Shown: positions 38,334 through 48,592, numbered from the stretch's first letter. The stretch: DNA of 64,000 nucleotides from an uncultured Candidatus Saccharibacteria bacterium (GCA_964554175.1 CAZKNA010000001.1:46-64045), one strand, 5' to 3'. The notes: generated from the letters alone by a model not told the origin. Translations and numbers: made by a program.

Positions 38334-40062
38334 TTTTGACCCCCTTTATAGAAGAGTGGATTTGAAGCTCACGATAAGTTTTGCTAGTTTTCATCAATTT
38401 GTTATGCGTGCCGATGGCCTCAATGCTACCACTATTTAGGACGACGATGCGATCGGCAACGCGCATCAGCTCGGGCTTTTTGGTAATCATTAGAACAGTG
38501 CGGTCTTTTTCAAGGCGCTTCAATAGCGCTGGGACAAGTTTGGCGGTGTCTGGGTCAAGAGAGGTGGTGACATCATCAAGTAGAATAATCTCGGCGTCAG
38601 TCAGAATAGTTCTGGCAATAGAAATCATTTGCTTTTGGCCGCCGGAAACGTTGGAGGCATTTTCACGCAAGATAGTGTTATAGCCTTGTGGCAAGGTTTC
38701 AATAAAATTGTGGATGCCAGCAATTTTACAAGCTTCAATTTGCTTTTTGATATCAGGGTTGACGAAATCTAGATTGTTTCTGATGGAAGTATTGAAAATG
38801 AACGGGATCTGATTGGCGACTGCGACAGAGGAAGTATAGATTTCCTTAGAAAAGTCATCAATGTTAATATCATCTAGATAGATTTTTCCCCTAGTGGGAT
38901 GTTTTAATCTTAGTAAAAGGTTAAAGAGCATCGTTTTGCCCGAGCCAGGAAACCCAACGATGGCAACGGTTTCGTGTGGCTTAATATCAAGATTAATATT
39001 TTTTAAGATTTGTTTATGGTTTAATTTTAGAGAAACTTTATTAAAGACAATGTGGCCTTCTAGCTCATCAATGGAAGTACTACCAAAGACAAATTCTTTT
39101 TCGGGGCGATAATCTAAGATAGCCTTGATATGAAGGACCGAGGCGTGAGCGAGGCGGATGTCCATACAGGCGTCAGTGAAGTCGTCTAGGTAGCCGATGA
39201 TAGACTCGTGATAAGATGCGATTAAAACGAGAACGCTGATCGTCATCTGCCCGTTCATCATCGCAATGATGAGAACAAAGTAAAGAATGGCCTGAAAAGC
39301 GTAGTAGATAAAGTCTGAGTCGCTGTCGCGGAGAGCTTTGGCAGAGCGCTGGATTTTGTAGAGTTTATTGTAGCGAGTTTGGATACGACTGAGTCTTTGT
39401 TTAAGCTTTGGGAGCATATGAAAGGTTTTTACCTCTTGAAGACCGCTAGCAACTTGATTTAGGAAAGTCGAGTAGCGATCGTCCTCGCGACGGGTTTTTT
39501 GCCAATAGAAATTATAGTTTTTATCTGCCTGGTCTTTGACATAATGATAAACCACGCGAGAGATAAAGAAAAGAATTGGGTAAATGATGCCATATTGAAA
39601 AACAATAATGACGATGCTGAGAATTTGAAGCGGGGTGGTGAAAAATTCGGCGAGCTCGTCCGCCATTTCACTAACACTAATAACGTCGTGATTGAGCGTA
39701 TTCATAAATGAACCCTTGGGAATCTTACGGGTAAAATCGTCGCCGACGGTCGTTAGTTTTTCAAAAATTTTATCGTGGATGCGGCGATAGCTATAATTGA
39801 CGTTCCAAGAATAAGCGCGCCAGTTTAGATAAAGTGCGAACCGATAGCCGAGAGCGACGATGGCGAAAAAAAGGATATTTTTGTAAGTCTCGGTGGCGTT
39901 TTGGTCGGTTAAAGACTTAATGATTAGAGCAGCAAAGAAAGGTTTTGCGACGGCAAGAGCTTTATAAGCGATGGCCGTTAAGAGATTAATCGCGAAAAAG
40001 AAGGGGCTAAGCTCGGCAATCGCCCAGTACTCACTAATATACCTTCTAAACTCCTTGATCAT
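38326..40062 (-). CDS. ABC exporter, fused permease/ATPase (degenerate-site subunit)
   Basis: GFPGSGKT, VSGGQKQ, Walker B LLDD and H-loop replaced by K (MITKK); start at ATG 40062. Confidence 0.88.
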   Translation of the reverse strand: MIKEFRRYISEYWAIAELSPFFFAINLLTAIAYKALAVAKPFFAALIIKSLTDQNATETYKNILFFAIVALGYRFALYLNWRAYSWNVNYSYRRIHDKIFEKLTTVGDDFTRKIPKGSFMNTLNHDVISVSEMADELAEFFTTPLQILSIVIIVFQYGIIYPILFFISRVVYHYVKDQADKNYNFYWQKTRREDDRYSTFLNQVASGLQEVKTFHMLPKLKQRLSRIQTRYNKLYKIQRSAKALRDSDSDFIYYAFQAILYFVLIIAMMNGQMTISVLVLIASYHESIIGYLDDFTDACMDIRLAHASVLHIKAILDYRPEKEFVFGSTSIDELEGHIVFNKVSLKLNHKQILKNINLDIKPHETVAIVGFPGSGKTMLFNLLLRLKHPTRGKIYLDDINIDDFSKEIYTSSVAVANQIPFIFNTSIRNNLDFVNPDIKKQIEACKIAGIHNFIETLPQGYNTILRENASNVSGGQKQMISIARTILTDAEIILLDDVTTSLDPDTAKLVPALLKRLEKDRTVLMITKKPELMRVADRIVVLNSGSIEAIGTHNKLMKTSKTYRELQIHSSIKGVKNA

Positions 40063-40090
40063 TATATATATTATAGCATAGGCGGAATAA

Positions 40091-40118
40091 AAACTCACCC
40101 CTTAATTGGGGTGAGTTT
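40091..40118 (-). terminator. Rho-independent terminator of 40139..42460
   Basis: AAACTCACCCC-6nt-GGGGTGAGTTT then TTA. Confidence 0.8.
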
Positions 40119-40138
40119 AACCTGCGGAAGGCTCTAGA

Positions 40139-42460
40139 TTAATTGCTTCCGGTGATGTCACCAGCGCCAGCGCCAGCAGACCTGTTAGTTCTCTGCTCTG
40201 CGGTCCTTAGGAGACAACGGACGGAGCTACCATGAGCTGGGTCAGTGCTTTGACCAAGTGGGAGCGAATGGTCGGAACCAGTCTTGTGTGGGTTGAAGGC
40301 CATAATCTTGCTATCTCCTCTAGTAGTATTGATGAAGTAAGAGGCGTAGGCTCCAGCGTTACCGCTATCAACACCGTCATTCACGGCATAGCCATTGTTT
40401 TGGAAGTCCCAAGCGCCATTATACGTGAAGTGTGGGGCTGGATAAGTGCCGGTACTGGTTGTGACTGTGGTATTACCCAAGAGGAAGGTATCTAGCTTCC
40501 AAGCATCAGTCATATCGGCGCCACCACCATAGGCTTTACCAACGTTGTATCTTCCTAAGTTATGGAACTCACCACTACTGTCGCCATAGGTATCAGTGCT
40601 GACATTCCAAGCGTCTGGAATCTTCCAGCTGGCTGGACAAAGAGAATCTGGAACGTTCTTGATGCTACCTAGATTGCTGCCAGTATACCAGCCACCAGAA
40701 GCAGCTTTGTAGTTGTAGAGGTTACTGTAACCACTTGTGCCAACATGATAGCTGTTTGCAAAGTTTACTGTGCGATTTTCGCTAACATCTGAACCGTCTG
40801 TAGTCAGAGCAACGGAGCCAGTGCCAGGCTGATAGGCGAGGTCTTGGAGCATCCAGCAGCGACCATCGGCAAACTTGGTAAACGGATACCAGATGTGCTC
40901 TTTGCCATCAGGAGTCTTTCTGCCATTGTATTCTGTGGCATAGGTGTAGTTAGAGCTTGGCGTAGCTGCTTCGACACGCTTATCTGGGAGATATACGGTT
41001 TCAAATAGTTTTACGGTGTTTTCACACATATCTGGTGTCACATCCTGAATCCAGATGTCGCCAATTGTAGTGCTGTCTGTTTCCCAAATAGCATAGAGAG
41101 TATAGGAATCGTATACTGGAGGCTCAGCATCTGGGTCACCGACGGTTTTTGTGCAGCCTTTTCCTTCTAGCACAGCTTGGGTAATACCACTTTGCTTATC
41201 AGTGAAGTCGGCAGTAGTAGCGGTCTTGTTACAAGCCCAGCCCTTAAAGATGTGACCAGTATAAGCAAAGGCGTTGGCAGTGAGGGTAGCAGAAGCGCCG
41301 GTTACAGTTTGGTCGCTCATGGTACCAGTGGCGGCATCGGCGTTCTTGTCATATTTAATAATCCATTTTCCTTCTGGAACTGGCTCATCGCCGCCTTCGC
41401 AAGTTGCTTCAACGGTGACGTCGTTGGCCGGCATAGTGAATTTGTAAAGATTCTCACTAACCTGGCTAATAGCAGCAACACTCTTTAGGCCCTCGTGGAC
41501 ATACCAGGCTTTAAAGGTTTGGGTAGCGCTACAGTTCTGGCGAATCATCACGGTGACATCTTCGTCAAACCAACCTTCGTCTTCTTCGCCAGTTTGATTA
41601 ATATAGCCGTTGATGACCGTAACTTTGTAGTTCTTAGCGATAGCTTTGTAGGAGACCTTGGTACTGTAAGTGCCATCTGGAAGATCGGAACCGACGTTTA
41701 CGCCGTAATAAACATTTGTAGTTTCGCCAGTAGCGTTCTCTTTGATAACGGTTTCGGCAAGAGGAGCAGCGCCCCAGATTTGACCGTCAATTTTATTATC
41801 GGAAAGGCTAACGCCCCACTGGTTCGTAGTGTTCAGATTGGAGAGTTTTGAAGCGTCGGTGCTACCAAGAGTACCAGTGACAGAGTTCAAACAAGTTGTG
41901 CCAGTGCTTTCAAGACAGAACTTATTATTCGCGCCTTCGGCATAAGCAATGAGATCATATTTAGCACCCTTAGCGTCAACAGTGATAGTGTCAGACACTG
42001 TGCTGGTTTTGCCGCGGTCAACGTTAAAAGTCAAGGTAGAGGCAGCAGAAACATTTAATTCTTTAGAGGCAGCATTAGTGTCTTTTTCAGAATTATTATA
42101 GATATTAGTAATTGCAAGGCCACCGAGGAGCGCGATCGCAGTGGCGAAAGAAACGGTCGCAAGAACACGAGGGCGAGAGGAAAGGTGGAATGACCCCCTC
42201 TCGGCAAAGGAAACGCGGCGATTTTTCTTTAGATAATTAAATAGGAAGACCGCAAGCGCAGCAAAACCAATGATGATAAACAATGTCGTGAACATGGTGC
42301 CACTAAAATTATCTCCAGCTGAGCTATTTTCACCAGTGTTTGGAGAACCGACCACAGTAGTATAAGTTGGGGTCGTGGTGGTAGTAGTGCTTGAACCGCC
42401 GGGCGTCGTACTTGACCCAGGGCTTGTTAAAGTGAATTGTAGTTTTGTTGTTGCGCTCAT
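40139..42460 (-). CDS. Large surface protein with InlB-B/Flg_new-like repeat and FISUMP-like C-terminal domain
   Basis: YDKNA..ATGTMSDQ...GHIFKGW...LYAIW; DGRCWMLQDL, LYNYKAA, LCPASWKIP, SVRCL; N-terminal SPNTG + two TMs. Confidence 0.75.
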   Translation of the reverse strand: MSATTKLQFTLTSPGSSTTPGGSSTTTTTTPTYTTVVGSPNTGENSSAGDNFSGTMFTTLFIIIGFAALAVFLFNYLKKNRRVSFAERGSFHLSSRPRVLATVSFATAIALLGGLAITNIYNNSEKDTNAASKELNVSAASTLTFNVDRGKTSTVSDTITVDAKGAKYDLIAYAEGANNKFCLESTGTTCLNSVTGTLGSTDASKLSNLNTTNQWGVSLSDNKIDGQIWGAAPLAETVIKENATGETTNVYYGVNVGSDLPDGTYSTKVSYKAIAKNYKVTVINGYINQTGEEDEGWFDEDVTVMIRQNCSATQTFKAWYVHEGLKSVAAISQVSENLYKFTMPANDVTVEATCEGGDEPVPEGKWIIKYDKNADAATGTMSDQTVTGASATLTANAFAYTGHIFKGWACNKTATTADFTDKQSGITQAVLEGKGCTKTVGDPDAEPPVYDSYTLYAIWETDSTTIGDIWIQDVTPDMCENTVKLFETVYLPDKRVEAATPSSNYTYATEYNGRKTPDGKEHIWYPFTKFADGRCWMLQDLAYQPGTGSVALTTDGSDVSENRTVNFANSYHVGTSGYSNLYNYKAASGGWYTGSNLGSIKNVPDSLCPASWKIPDAWNVSTDTYGDSSGEFHNLGRYNVGKAYGGGADMTDAWKLDTFLLGNTTVTTSTGTYPAPHFTYNGAWDFQNNGYAVNDGVDSGNAGAYASYFINTTRGDSKIMAFNPHKTGSDHSLPLGQSTDPAHGSSVRCLLRTAEQRTNRSAGAGAGDITGSN

Positions 42461-42527
42461 AAGCAAAAATCCTTTGTGTTAATATGACCTATTTTGTTTC
42501 ATTTTAATACATAGTGTTTATGTTTGT

Positions 42528-42558
42528 CAAGGACTTTTTCTTATAGAAAAAGTCCTTG
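42528..42558. promoter_or_regulatory. 14-bp inverted repeat overlapping a -35 element
   Basis: CAAGGACTTTTTCT-TAT-AGAAAAAGTCCTTG; TTGACA (42530-42525)-N18-TAAAAT on minus strand. Confidence 0.55.
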
Positions 42559-42600
42559 GAGCGTCCCAAGGTGTAAACAACTATTTTTTTATAAAATAAT

Positions 42601-42626
42601 AAAAAATAGCCTTGCGGCTATTTTTT
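42601..42626 (-). terminator. Rho-independent terminator of rpmH
   Basis: AAAAAATAGCC-GCAA-GGCTATTTTTT directly after the stop codon. Confidence 0.85.
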
Positions 42627-42764
42627 CTAGGCTGATAGTCTAGCGCGGCCTTTAATGCGGCGGCGGGCAAGAACCTTGCGGCCATTTTTGGTGGCGTTTC
42701 TCTTCATAAAGCCGTGCTCAGCTTTGCGCTGGCGCTTGTGTGGCTGATAAGTGCGTTTTGGCAT
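42627..42764 (-). CDS. rpmH: 50S ribosomal protein L34 (not in ORF track)
   Basis: Translated by hand: [45 protein letters not shown]. Confidence 0.97.
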   Translation of the reverse strand: MPKRTYQPHKRQRKAEHGFMKRNATKNGRKVLARRRIKGRARLSA

Positions 42765-43023
42765 AATCTTAATTCCCTATGTTATAATATTTTATTATTT
42801 AGCAAATTCTTGGTATATTATAGCACAGTTTTCCACTAAATCCAAGCCGTTTTCCACATAATTATTAGATAGAGGGCGATTTTTGTGGAAAAGTTGCTCC
42901 CTATTAAGAAAAACAGTATTATAACATATAAAAATTAGGGTGTTTTCTTGTGGAAAAGTTTTTAGATATTTGTTATAATGGATTTAAGAAAGTTGAAAGA
43001 AGGTAATACTAAAGGAGGTCCTG
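42765..43023. other. oriC part 1 / dnaA promoter region with DnaA boxes
   Basis: TTTTCCACA 42850-58, TGTGGAAAA 42884-92 and 42949-57; AT-rich. Confidence 0.75.
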
Positions 43024-44397
43024 ATGTTTGATGTGTGGAAAAATGTTTTAGCCGAGGTAGAACAGTCGGTTCCCCACACTACATACATAACCTATTTTGC
43101 AGGCACAAGGTTGATTTCTATTGAAGATCAAATTGTGCGGGTTGGAGCTCCAAACGTGTTTATCGTTAGGCAGCTAAAGCAAAAATATAATGATGAAGTT
43201 ATTAATGCTCTAAAGAGAAATAATGTTTCTTTTAAGAGTGTAGAATATGTGATTGAGTCTTCTGGGCATATCAAGAAGAGTCGGGGGCGAGAGGTGACAG
43301 GTGGAGAAGTTAAGACTTCCAATGTAGTAACGAAGAGGTTTACATCCGAGAGAAAAACTCCTAAGACTTTTGGGACTGGTTTAAATCCTTCTTATACACT
43401 TGATTCTTTTGTGGTGGGATCAAATAATGATTTAGCAGTTTCAATTGCAAAGAATGTGGTGGAGCATCCGGGCGAGAAGTATAATCCATTTTTCCTCTAT
43501 GGTGGTTCTGGGCTTGGTAAGACACACCTTGTACAAGCAATTGGGAATGAGATTTTAAGGCGCCACCCAGATATGAAGGTGCTTTATACCCCAACAAACC
43601 ACTTCTTCTCTGAGTTTATTGATATGATTAAGAAAAATAAAGGTGAAGAATTTGTACGGAAATATCGGAAGCTAGACGTTTTAATTATTGATGACTTCCA
43701 GCAGATGATTAAGAAGGATAGAAGCCAAGAAGAATTCTTTAATATCTTCAATGATTTATATCAAGAGAATAAACAGATTATTGTGACTTCAGACCGGTTA
43801 CCAAGCCAGATTGCAACTCTTGATGAAAGATTAGCTTCTAGGCTAACCTGGGGGACAGGCGCAATAGATTTACAGCTACCAACCTTTGAGGATAAATGCG
43901 CAATCTTACGCTCAATGGCAGATAATAAAGGTTTTGAAATTGAAGATGAGGCAATTGCCTATATTGCGGAAAATGTAAAGACGAATATCCGTGATCTTGA
44001 AGGTCAACTAAAGCGTCTAATCGCGATTTCAGAACTGCGTGGGAAGACACCTCTTGAGATTATAAATGATGGGGCTGCTGGCGGAGTAGTGATTGCTAGA
44101 AGAGCTGGTTCTATCCAACCAAAGAAACTAGTGGAGAAAGTTGCTAAGGCCTTTAATTTAACCGTGGATGAGATGACTGGTAAAAGCCGGGTAGCCCATA
44201 TTAAGACGGCGCGACAAGTGGCGATGTTTTTACTTTCAGATGAGCTAGGGCTTTCTACTACAAAGATTGCTTTAGAAGTAGGAGTAAAAGATCATACTAC
44301 GGTAATGCATGGAATTCGGAAGATAAAGGATGATATTAAGCTTGATTTTAATTTACGGGAGCAAATTATGGCGATCCGGGAAGGTCTTTATGCTTAA
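43024..44397 (+). CDS. dnaA: Chromosomal replication initiator DnaA
   Basis: YNPFFLYGGSGLGKTHL, IIDD, QEEFF, RLASR, NIRDLEG, KDHTTVMH. Confidence 0.98.
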   Translation: MFDVWKNVLAEVEQSVPHTTYITYFAGTRLISIEDQIVRVGAPNVFIVRQLKQKYNDEVINALKRNNVSFKSVEYVIESSGHIKKSRGREVTGGEVKTSNVVTKRFTSERKTPKTFGTGLNPSYTLDSFVVGSNNDLAVSIAKNVVEHPGEKYNPFFLYGGSGLGKTHLVQAIGNEILRRHPDMKVLYTPTNHFFSEFIDMIKKNKGEEFVRKYRKLDVLIIDDFQQMIKKDRSQEEFFNIFNDLYQENKQIIVTSDRLPSQIATLDERLASRLTWGTGAIDLQLPTFEDKCAILRSMADNKGFEIEDEAIAYIAENVKTNIRDLEGQLKRLIAISELRGKTPLEIINDGAAGGVVIARRAGSIQPKKLVEKVAKAFNLTVDEMTGKSRVAHIKTARQVAMFLLSDELGLSTTKIALEVGVKDHTTVMHGIRKIKDDIKLDFNLREQIMAIREGLYA

Positions 44398-44648
44398 AGT
44401 TGTGGAGAAAATGGGGATAAGTCTGCGGAAAAGTACGTGGGAAAACTGTGGGAAGGTTTCCACATTTTTGACAGATTCTACGGATTATTTTAAAGTGTTG
44501 TGGGAAATGTTCGGTTTTTCACATAGTTTTAGTGAGTTTTTCGCGACGATTTCCACCGAATTTTTGTTCGGTTTTACGGGGGTTAGGAGGGGTTATTTAC
44601 ACATTTACACATAGCTTATTACTACTATTATTAAATATATAAGAAAGG
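44398..44648. other. oriC part 2: DnaA-box cluster, DnaA-trios and unwinding element
   Basis: TGTGGAGAA 44401, TGGGGATAA 44412, TGCGGAAAA 44424, GTTTCCACA 44456, ATTTACACA x2 (44595, 44603), then TAT-TAC-TAC-TAT-TAT-TAA 44617-34. Confidence 0.8.
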
Positions 44649-45761
44649 ATGATTATGGAAATAGAAGTTACTGGAGAAAAATTATCAAAAGCATTAGCAT
44701 CAGTTAGTAGGGTAGCAGCTGGAGCGAGGACAACTCTTCCAATTCTTTCTAATGTTTTAATTCGAGCAGAAAAGAATAGGGTTAGTTTAACCGCAACTAA
44801 TTTAGATATGGCGGTAGTAGAGTATGTACCAGTAGTATCAGCTAAGGATGGTGTAATTACGGTTCCAGCAAAGTTAATTGCGGAGTTTGTAAGTAATCTC
44901 CCTAAAGGTAAAAAAATTTCCATTAAAACTGAAGGAGCGAAAGTAAAGATTTCAGCTGGAAATTATAAATCCACCATTAACGGGGTGGCAGCAGATGATT
45001 TCCCGGAACTTCCAGAGATAGATGAAAAAGAAGCAGTGAAGTATAAGATGGGAGTGGATGAGTTTAAAGTGGGGGTTTCAGAAGTAATTGTGGCGGTAAG
45101 CAATGATACGACACGGCCAGCACTAACAGGAGTATATTTTAATACCGCAGAAAATAATTTATATATAGCTGGTACAGATGGATATCGCTTAGCAGAGAAA
45201 GAGTTTATAAAAAAGGTGTCTTCTGAAGTGAAGGCGATTGTGCCAGCTGCTTCCCTGCAAGAGGTGCTCCGTTCTATTTCAGATGATATGGATGAGATTG
45301 AGATGGTGTTTGATGAGTCACAGGTAAGATTTAGGATGGGTGAGATTGAGATTACTTCTAAATTAATTGATGGAACTTATCCAGATTATCGTTCTTTAAT
45401 TCCAAAAGATACAGATATCGAGGTGTTACTTGATAAGAGTGAGCTTTTAAGAATTACAAAGATGGCAGCAGTGTTTTCAAGAGAAGTAAATCAGTCTATT
45501 ATTTGTGAAACAGATGCGGATAAAGGGGTGTTTGCAATTTCCTCAATTTTAAATGAAGTAGGTGAAAACCGCTCTGAGATAAAGGTAGAAGTAGAGAGAA
45601 GTGGAAAAGTAAAAGTTGATTCTAGATATCTAATGGCAGCATTAAATGCTTTGGAGGAGCCGACAGTGAGATTTGGGATGGCGGTAAAGATGGCACCAGT
45701 TTTGATTCGGAACGAGAAAAGTGATAACTATCGGCATATTGTGATGCCGCTTAATATATGA
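44649..45761 (+). CDS. dnaN: DNA polymerase III beta clamp
   Basis: TLPILSNVLI, ATNLD, RPALTGV, TDGYRL, LIDGTYPDY, IVMPL. Confidence 0.97.
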   Translation: MIMEIEVTGEKLSKALASVSRVAAGARTTLPILSNVLIRAEKNRVSLTATNLDMAVVEYVPVVSAKDGVITVPAKLIAEFVSNLPKGKKISIKTEGAKVKISAGNYKSTINGVAADDFPELPEIDEKEAVKYKMGVDEFKVGVSEVIVAVSNDTTRPALTGVYFNTAENNLYIAGTDGYRLAEKEFIKKVSSEVKAIVPAASLQEVLRSISDDMDEIEMVFDESQVRFRMGEIEITSKLIDGTYPDYRSLIPKDTDIEVLLDKSELLRITKMAAVFSREVNQSIICETDADKGVFAISSILNEVGENRSEIKVEVERSGKVKVDSRYLMAALNALEEPTVRFGMAVKMAPVLIRNEKSDNYRHIVMPLNI

Positions 45762-46747
45762 TAATTTCCAGGGTTAAATTAAATAATTTTAGGTGTCACG
45801 AGGGGTATGTTTTAGATTTTAAAAAACAAACCACTCAGATTTTAGGTGAGAATGGTTGGGGGAAGACTTCGATTCTAGAGGCGATTTATCTTTCTATACA
45901 AGGAAAAAGTTTTAAGGCGGTAGATAGAGAGATTTTAAGGCGAGGGGCAGATTTTTATAGAGTAGAACTTTCTTTCCTAGATGGAGAGAAGGTAGTAGTG
46001 AGCTATGATGGTGAGAAACGAGTATTTTTAGTTGCAGATAAAAAAACGGCGAGACTACCAAAGAAAAATAGATATCCAGTAGTGTTATTTGAGCCAGCAG
46101 ATCTTTCTCTTATTACTTCTAGTCCAGTTCGGCGGCGGGATTATTTTGATAGGTTTTTAGGGCAACTTTCTGAAGGATATAGTACTTCTCTTTCGCGTTA
46201 TAATAAGGCGCTTCGGCAAAGGAATGAACTTTTAAAAAGGGAGTTTGTGTCGCCAGATGATATGTTTTCTTGGGATGTATTACTTGCTAGGTATGGGGTT
46301 TTAATTCGAAAAGCTAGGGCTTCATTAGTTTCGACTTTAAATGATCGATTAACCGGGGTTTACCGTGGGATTGCAGAGAACCGGGATGAGGTGACGCTGA
46401 ATTATGAATCTTATACGGGGGAAGCGGAAGAAAGTGAATATCTACGGTTACTAGCTTTGGATTTTGAGCGGGATAGACTGACTGGCCACACAAATTTTGG
46501 AGTACATAAAGATGATTTTATATTCTTGTTTAACTCGGTTCCAGCTGATGGTACGGCTTCTAGGGGAGAAATGCGGTCTATAATTTTAGCATTGAAATTT
46601 ATTGAAGCGGAGATGCTTTATGAAAAACTCGGTAAGAAGCCGCTGATTTTGCTTGATGATGTATTTTCAGAGCTGGATGAAACTCGGCGCGAGGCGCTGG
46701 TGAAGAATTTTCAAGAGAATCAGGTGATTTTGACGAGTGTTAGTTAG
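45758..46747 (+). CDS. recF: DNA replication/repair protein RecF
   Basis: GENGWGKTSILEAI, ASRGE, LLDDVFSELD. Confidence 0.93.
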   Translation: MIISRVKLNNFRCHEGYVLDFKKQTTQILGENGWGKTSILEAIYLSIQGKSFKAVDREILRRGADFYRVELSFLDGEKVVVSYDGEKRVFLVADKKTARLPKKNRYPVVLFEPADLSLITSSPVRRRDYFDRFLGQLSEGYSTSLSRYNKALRQRNELLKREFVSPDDMFSWDVLLARYGVLIRKARASLVSTLNDRLTGVYRGIAENRDEVTLNYESYTGEAEESEYLRLLALDFERDRLTGHTNFGVHKDDFIFLFNSVPADGTASRGEMRSIILALKFIEAEMLYEKLGKKPLILLDDVFSELDETRREALVKNFQENQVILTSVS

Positions 46748-47222
46748 ATTTTTCTATAGAAATAGAAATAGATGAAATAGAGCCTTTTGTATCAAGTTTA
46801 ACTAGAAAAACCTCAGAGCTATTTGAGATTAATTTGAAATGGGATTTATTAAAGCTTAAACCACTTTCAGTTTCAACCGGATCATAATTAAAACTATTTT
46901 TTTCGTAGCTAATTTTTTCATAGCTGGTGAAATAAGCTTTGAGATTTGCTAAAATGGTATCTTGCTGAGGATTAGAGAAACCATTTTCATCAAGGAAAGA
47001 TAATCCTGTAAAGATAGTGTTACTATTATTACTAGAGTTGTTGCCGATTTCATTTTCGTAATCAGTGGAACAAATTGTTTCACCAGAATTTTGATCTTCT
47101 ATACAATTAATTTTAGCGTCTTGGTTTTTACGGAAAAATAGAAGGAATAAAATAATAAAAGCAATAAGAGTAAGTATAATGAGGCCGGCAAGATATTTTT
47201 TTAGAGGAGATTTTTCTTTCAT
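46740..47222 (-). CDS. Hypothetical membrane-anchored protein at end of T4SS-hydrolase cluster
   Basis: N-terminal TM, Cys pair; start at ATG 47222; AT-rich. Confidence 0.7.
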   Translation of the reverse strand: MKEKSPLKKYLAGLIILTLIAFIILFLLFFRKNQDAKINCIEDQNSGETICSTDYENEIGNNSSNNSNTIFTGLSFLDENGFSNPQQDTILANLKAYFTSYEKISYEKNSFNYDPVETESGLSFNKSHFKLISNSSEVFLVKLDTKGSISSISISIEKSN

Positions 47223-47224
47223 GA

Positions 47225-48574
47225 TTACTCCCATACCGCTACGGCGTAGCGGGCATTAGAAACAATAGTGATAGGATCGTATGCTTCCCATTTATGGGCA
47301 GCATATCCAGAGTTGGCTACCCACCACTTATCATTATCCGATTTAATGATGGCGACATAATGGCCGTTTTGAGAGAATGGGAGGCTACCAGAACCGACAA
47401 TGTGGACCATTTGGCCACTATCTAGAGCGGCCTGGATAGACTCTATAGAGATAGCGATTGCACGAGTGTTTACGCTGTAATAGTTACCGAGATAAGAAGT
47501 AATACTATGATTACTGCCACACCAAGAACCATCCTTATAACAATGCTGTCCGCCACGGCCGGCGATATCGGCAGTTTCGCTTGGGTAGATATATTGGTCG
47601 CGGAGGATACTAATAATAGTAGCAAAGGAAGATGGGCCACAGCCACTTTCTTTAATAGTGGTGCCATTAGTGCCATTGATGCCATCTGGGCCATAGTTTA
47701 GGCTACCCCAGCGAGAATCACCCTGAAGGTAAATATATTTTTGAATATCTTCGTCGCTCCAGGAGCCGCCGCTACCACCACCTCCGCCGGGGCAGATGAT
47801 TAGATCTGGGGCTTCTGGGACGGGGTCGTCTGGGTTTTCACCGAGGAGACGAGTATAATATTCGGTGGCATAGCCATAGCGAGTGTTTTGGACGGACTCG
47901 GATTGGTTTTCAGGACTTTCGTAATCGAAGAGAACTTTATTGGTGGCATCTTTCATGGATAAAGTGTTAAGGACGCTTGGTGAAAGGCTGTAACCTTGAA
48001 GTTCTTGGACTAGAAAGCTGGTTTGGGCAATAAGAGAATAGACTGGTTCGCCAAGGCTATTAGCATGTTCCTGAAGACCTTTAACGCGAGACCAGTAAGT
48101 CCACTGGGCGATACCGAGGCCGCCTTTGTAGGTTTTTCCATCGGAGCCGCTTTTACTTAAATCGTAGGCGATGAAGCCATCCGGAACGATATGACTTCCA
48201 TCTGGGAGAGCTTTTTCAAGTAAGCGGGGGTTATGAGTGGAGTTTTCCCCTTTAAGATTGCCCATAATGGCGGCGATAGAAGTAATATTATAGCCAGCCT
48301 CTTTTAATTTGGACATAATATAGCCGATGTTGTCACTTGGGTCGATATCAACAATTACGCCACCTTTACTAATACACTCATCTCCTCCCCCTTCTTCTTT
48401 TTCAAACTGGTCGTCATAATATAGAATGTTGTCTTCAGCATAGCGCTTTAATTTAGAGTTGGACCAGACTTTGATGGCATTATATTCTTCGGCGTGGACG
48501 GCAACTGCTGGAGTAAAGACGTAAAAGAAGGCGATAAGAAAATATAAAAGAGATTTTTTGACCTTCCGATTCAT
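47225..48574 (-). CDS. Secreted phage-tail-lysozyme + peptidase C39-like protein
   Basis: Signal peptide; AAIMGNLKGE, GIAQWT, YESP; Q.D.RW, SGCGPSS, GHY. Confidence 0.8.
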   Translation of the reverse strand: MNRKVKKSLLYFLIAFFYVFTPAVAVHAEEYNAIKVWSNSKLKRYAEDNILYYDDQFEKEEGGGDECISKGGVIVDIDPSDNIGYIMSKLKEAGYNITSIAAIMGNLKGENSTHNPRLLEKALPDGSHIVPDGFIAYDLSKSGSDGKTYKGGLGIAQWTYWSRVKGLQEHANSLGEPVYSLIAQTSFLVQELQGYSLSPSVLNTLSMKDATNKVLFDYESPENQSESVQNTRYGYATEYYTRLLGENPDDPVPEAPDLIICPGGGGGSGGSWSDEDIQKYIYLQGDSRWGSLNYGPDGINGTNGTTIKESGCGPSSFATIISILRDQYIYPSETADIAGRGGQHCYKDGSWCGSNHSITSYLGNYYSVNTRAIAISIESIQAALDSGQMVHIVGSGSLPFSQNGHYVAIIKSDNDKWWVANSGYAAHKWEAYDPITIVSNARYAVAVWE

Positions 48575-48592
48575 ATATTAATTATATCATAC

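Noticed and set aside
44330-44614. 94-aa ORF between dnaA and dnaN
   Set aside because: Coincides with the DnaA-box cluster of oriC
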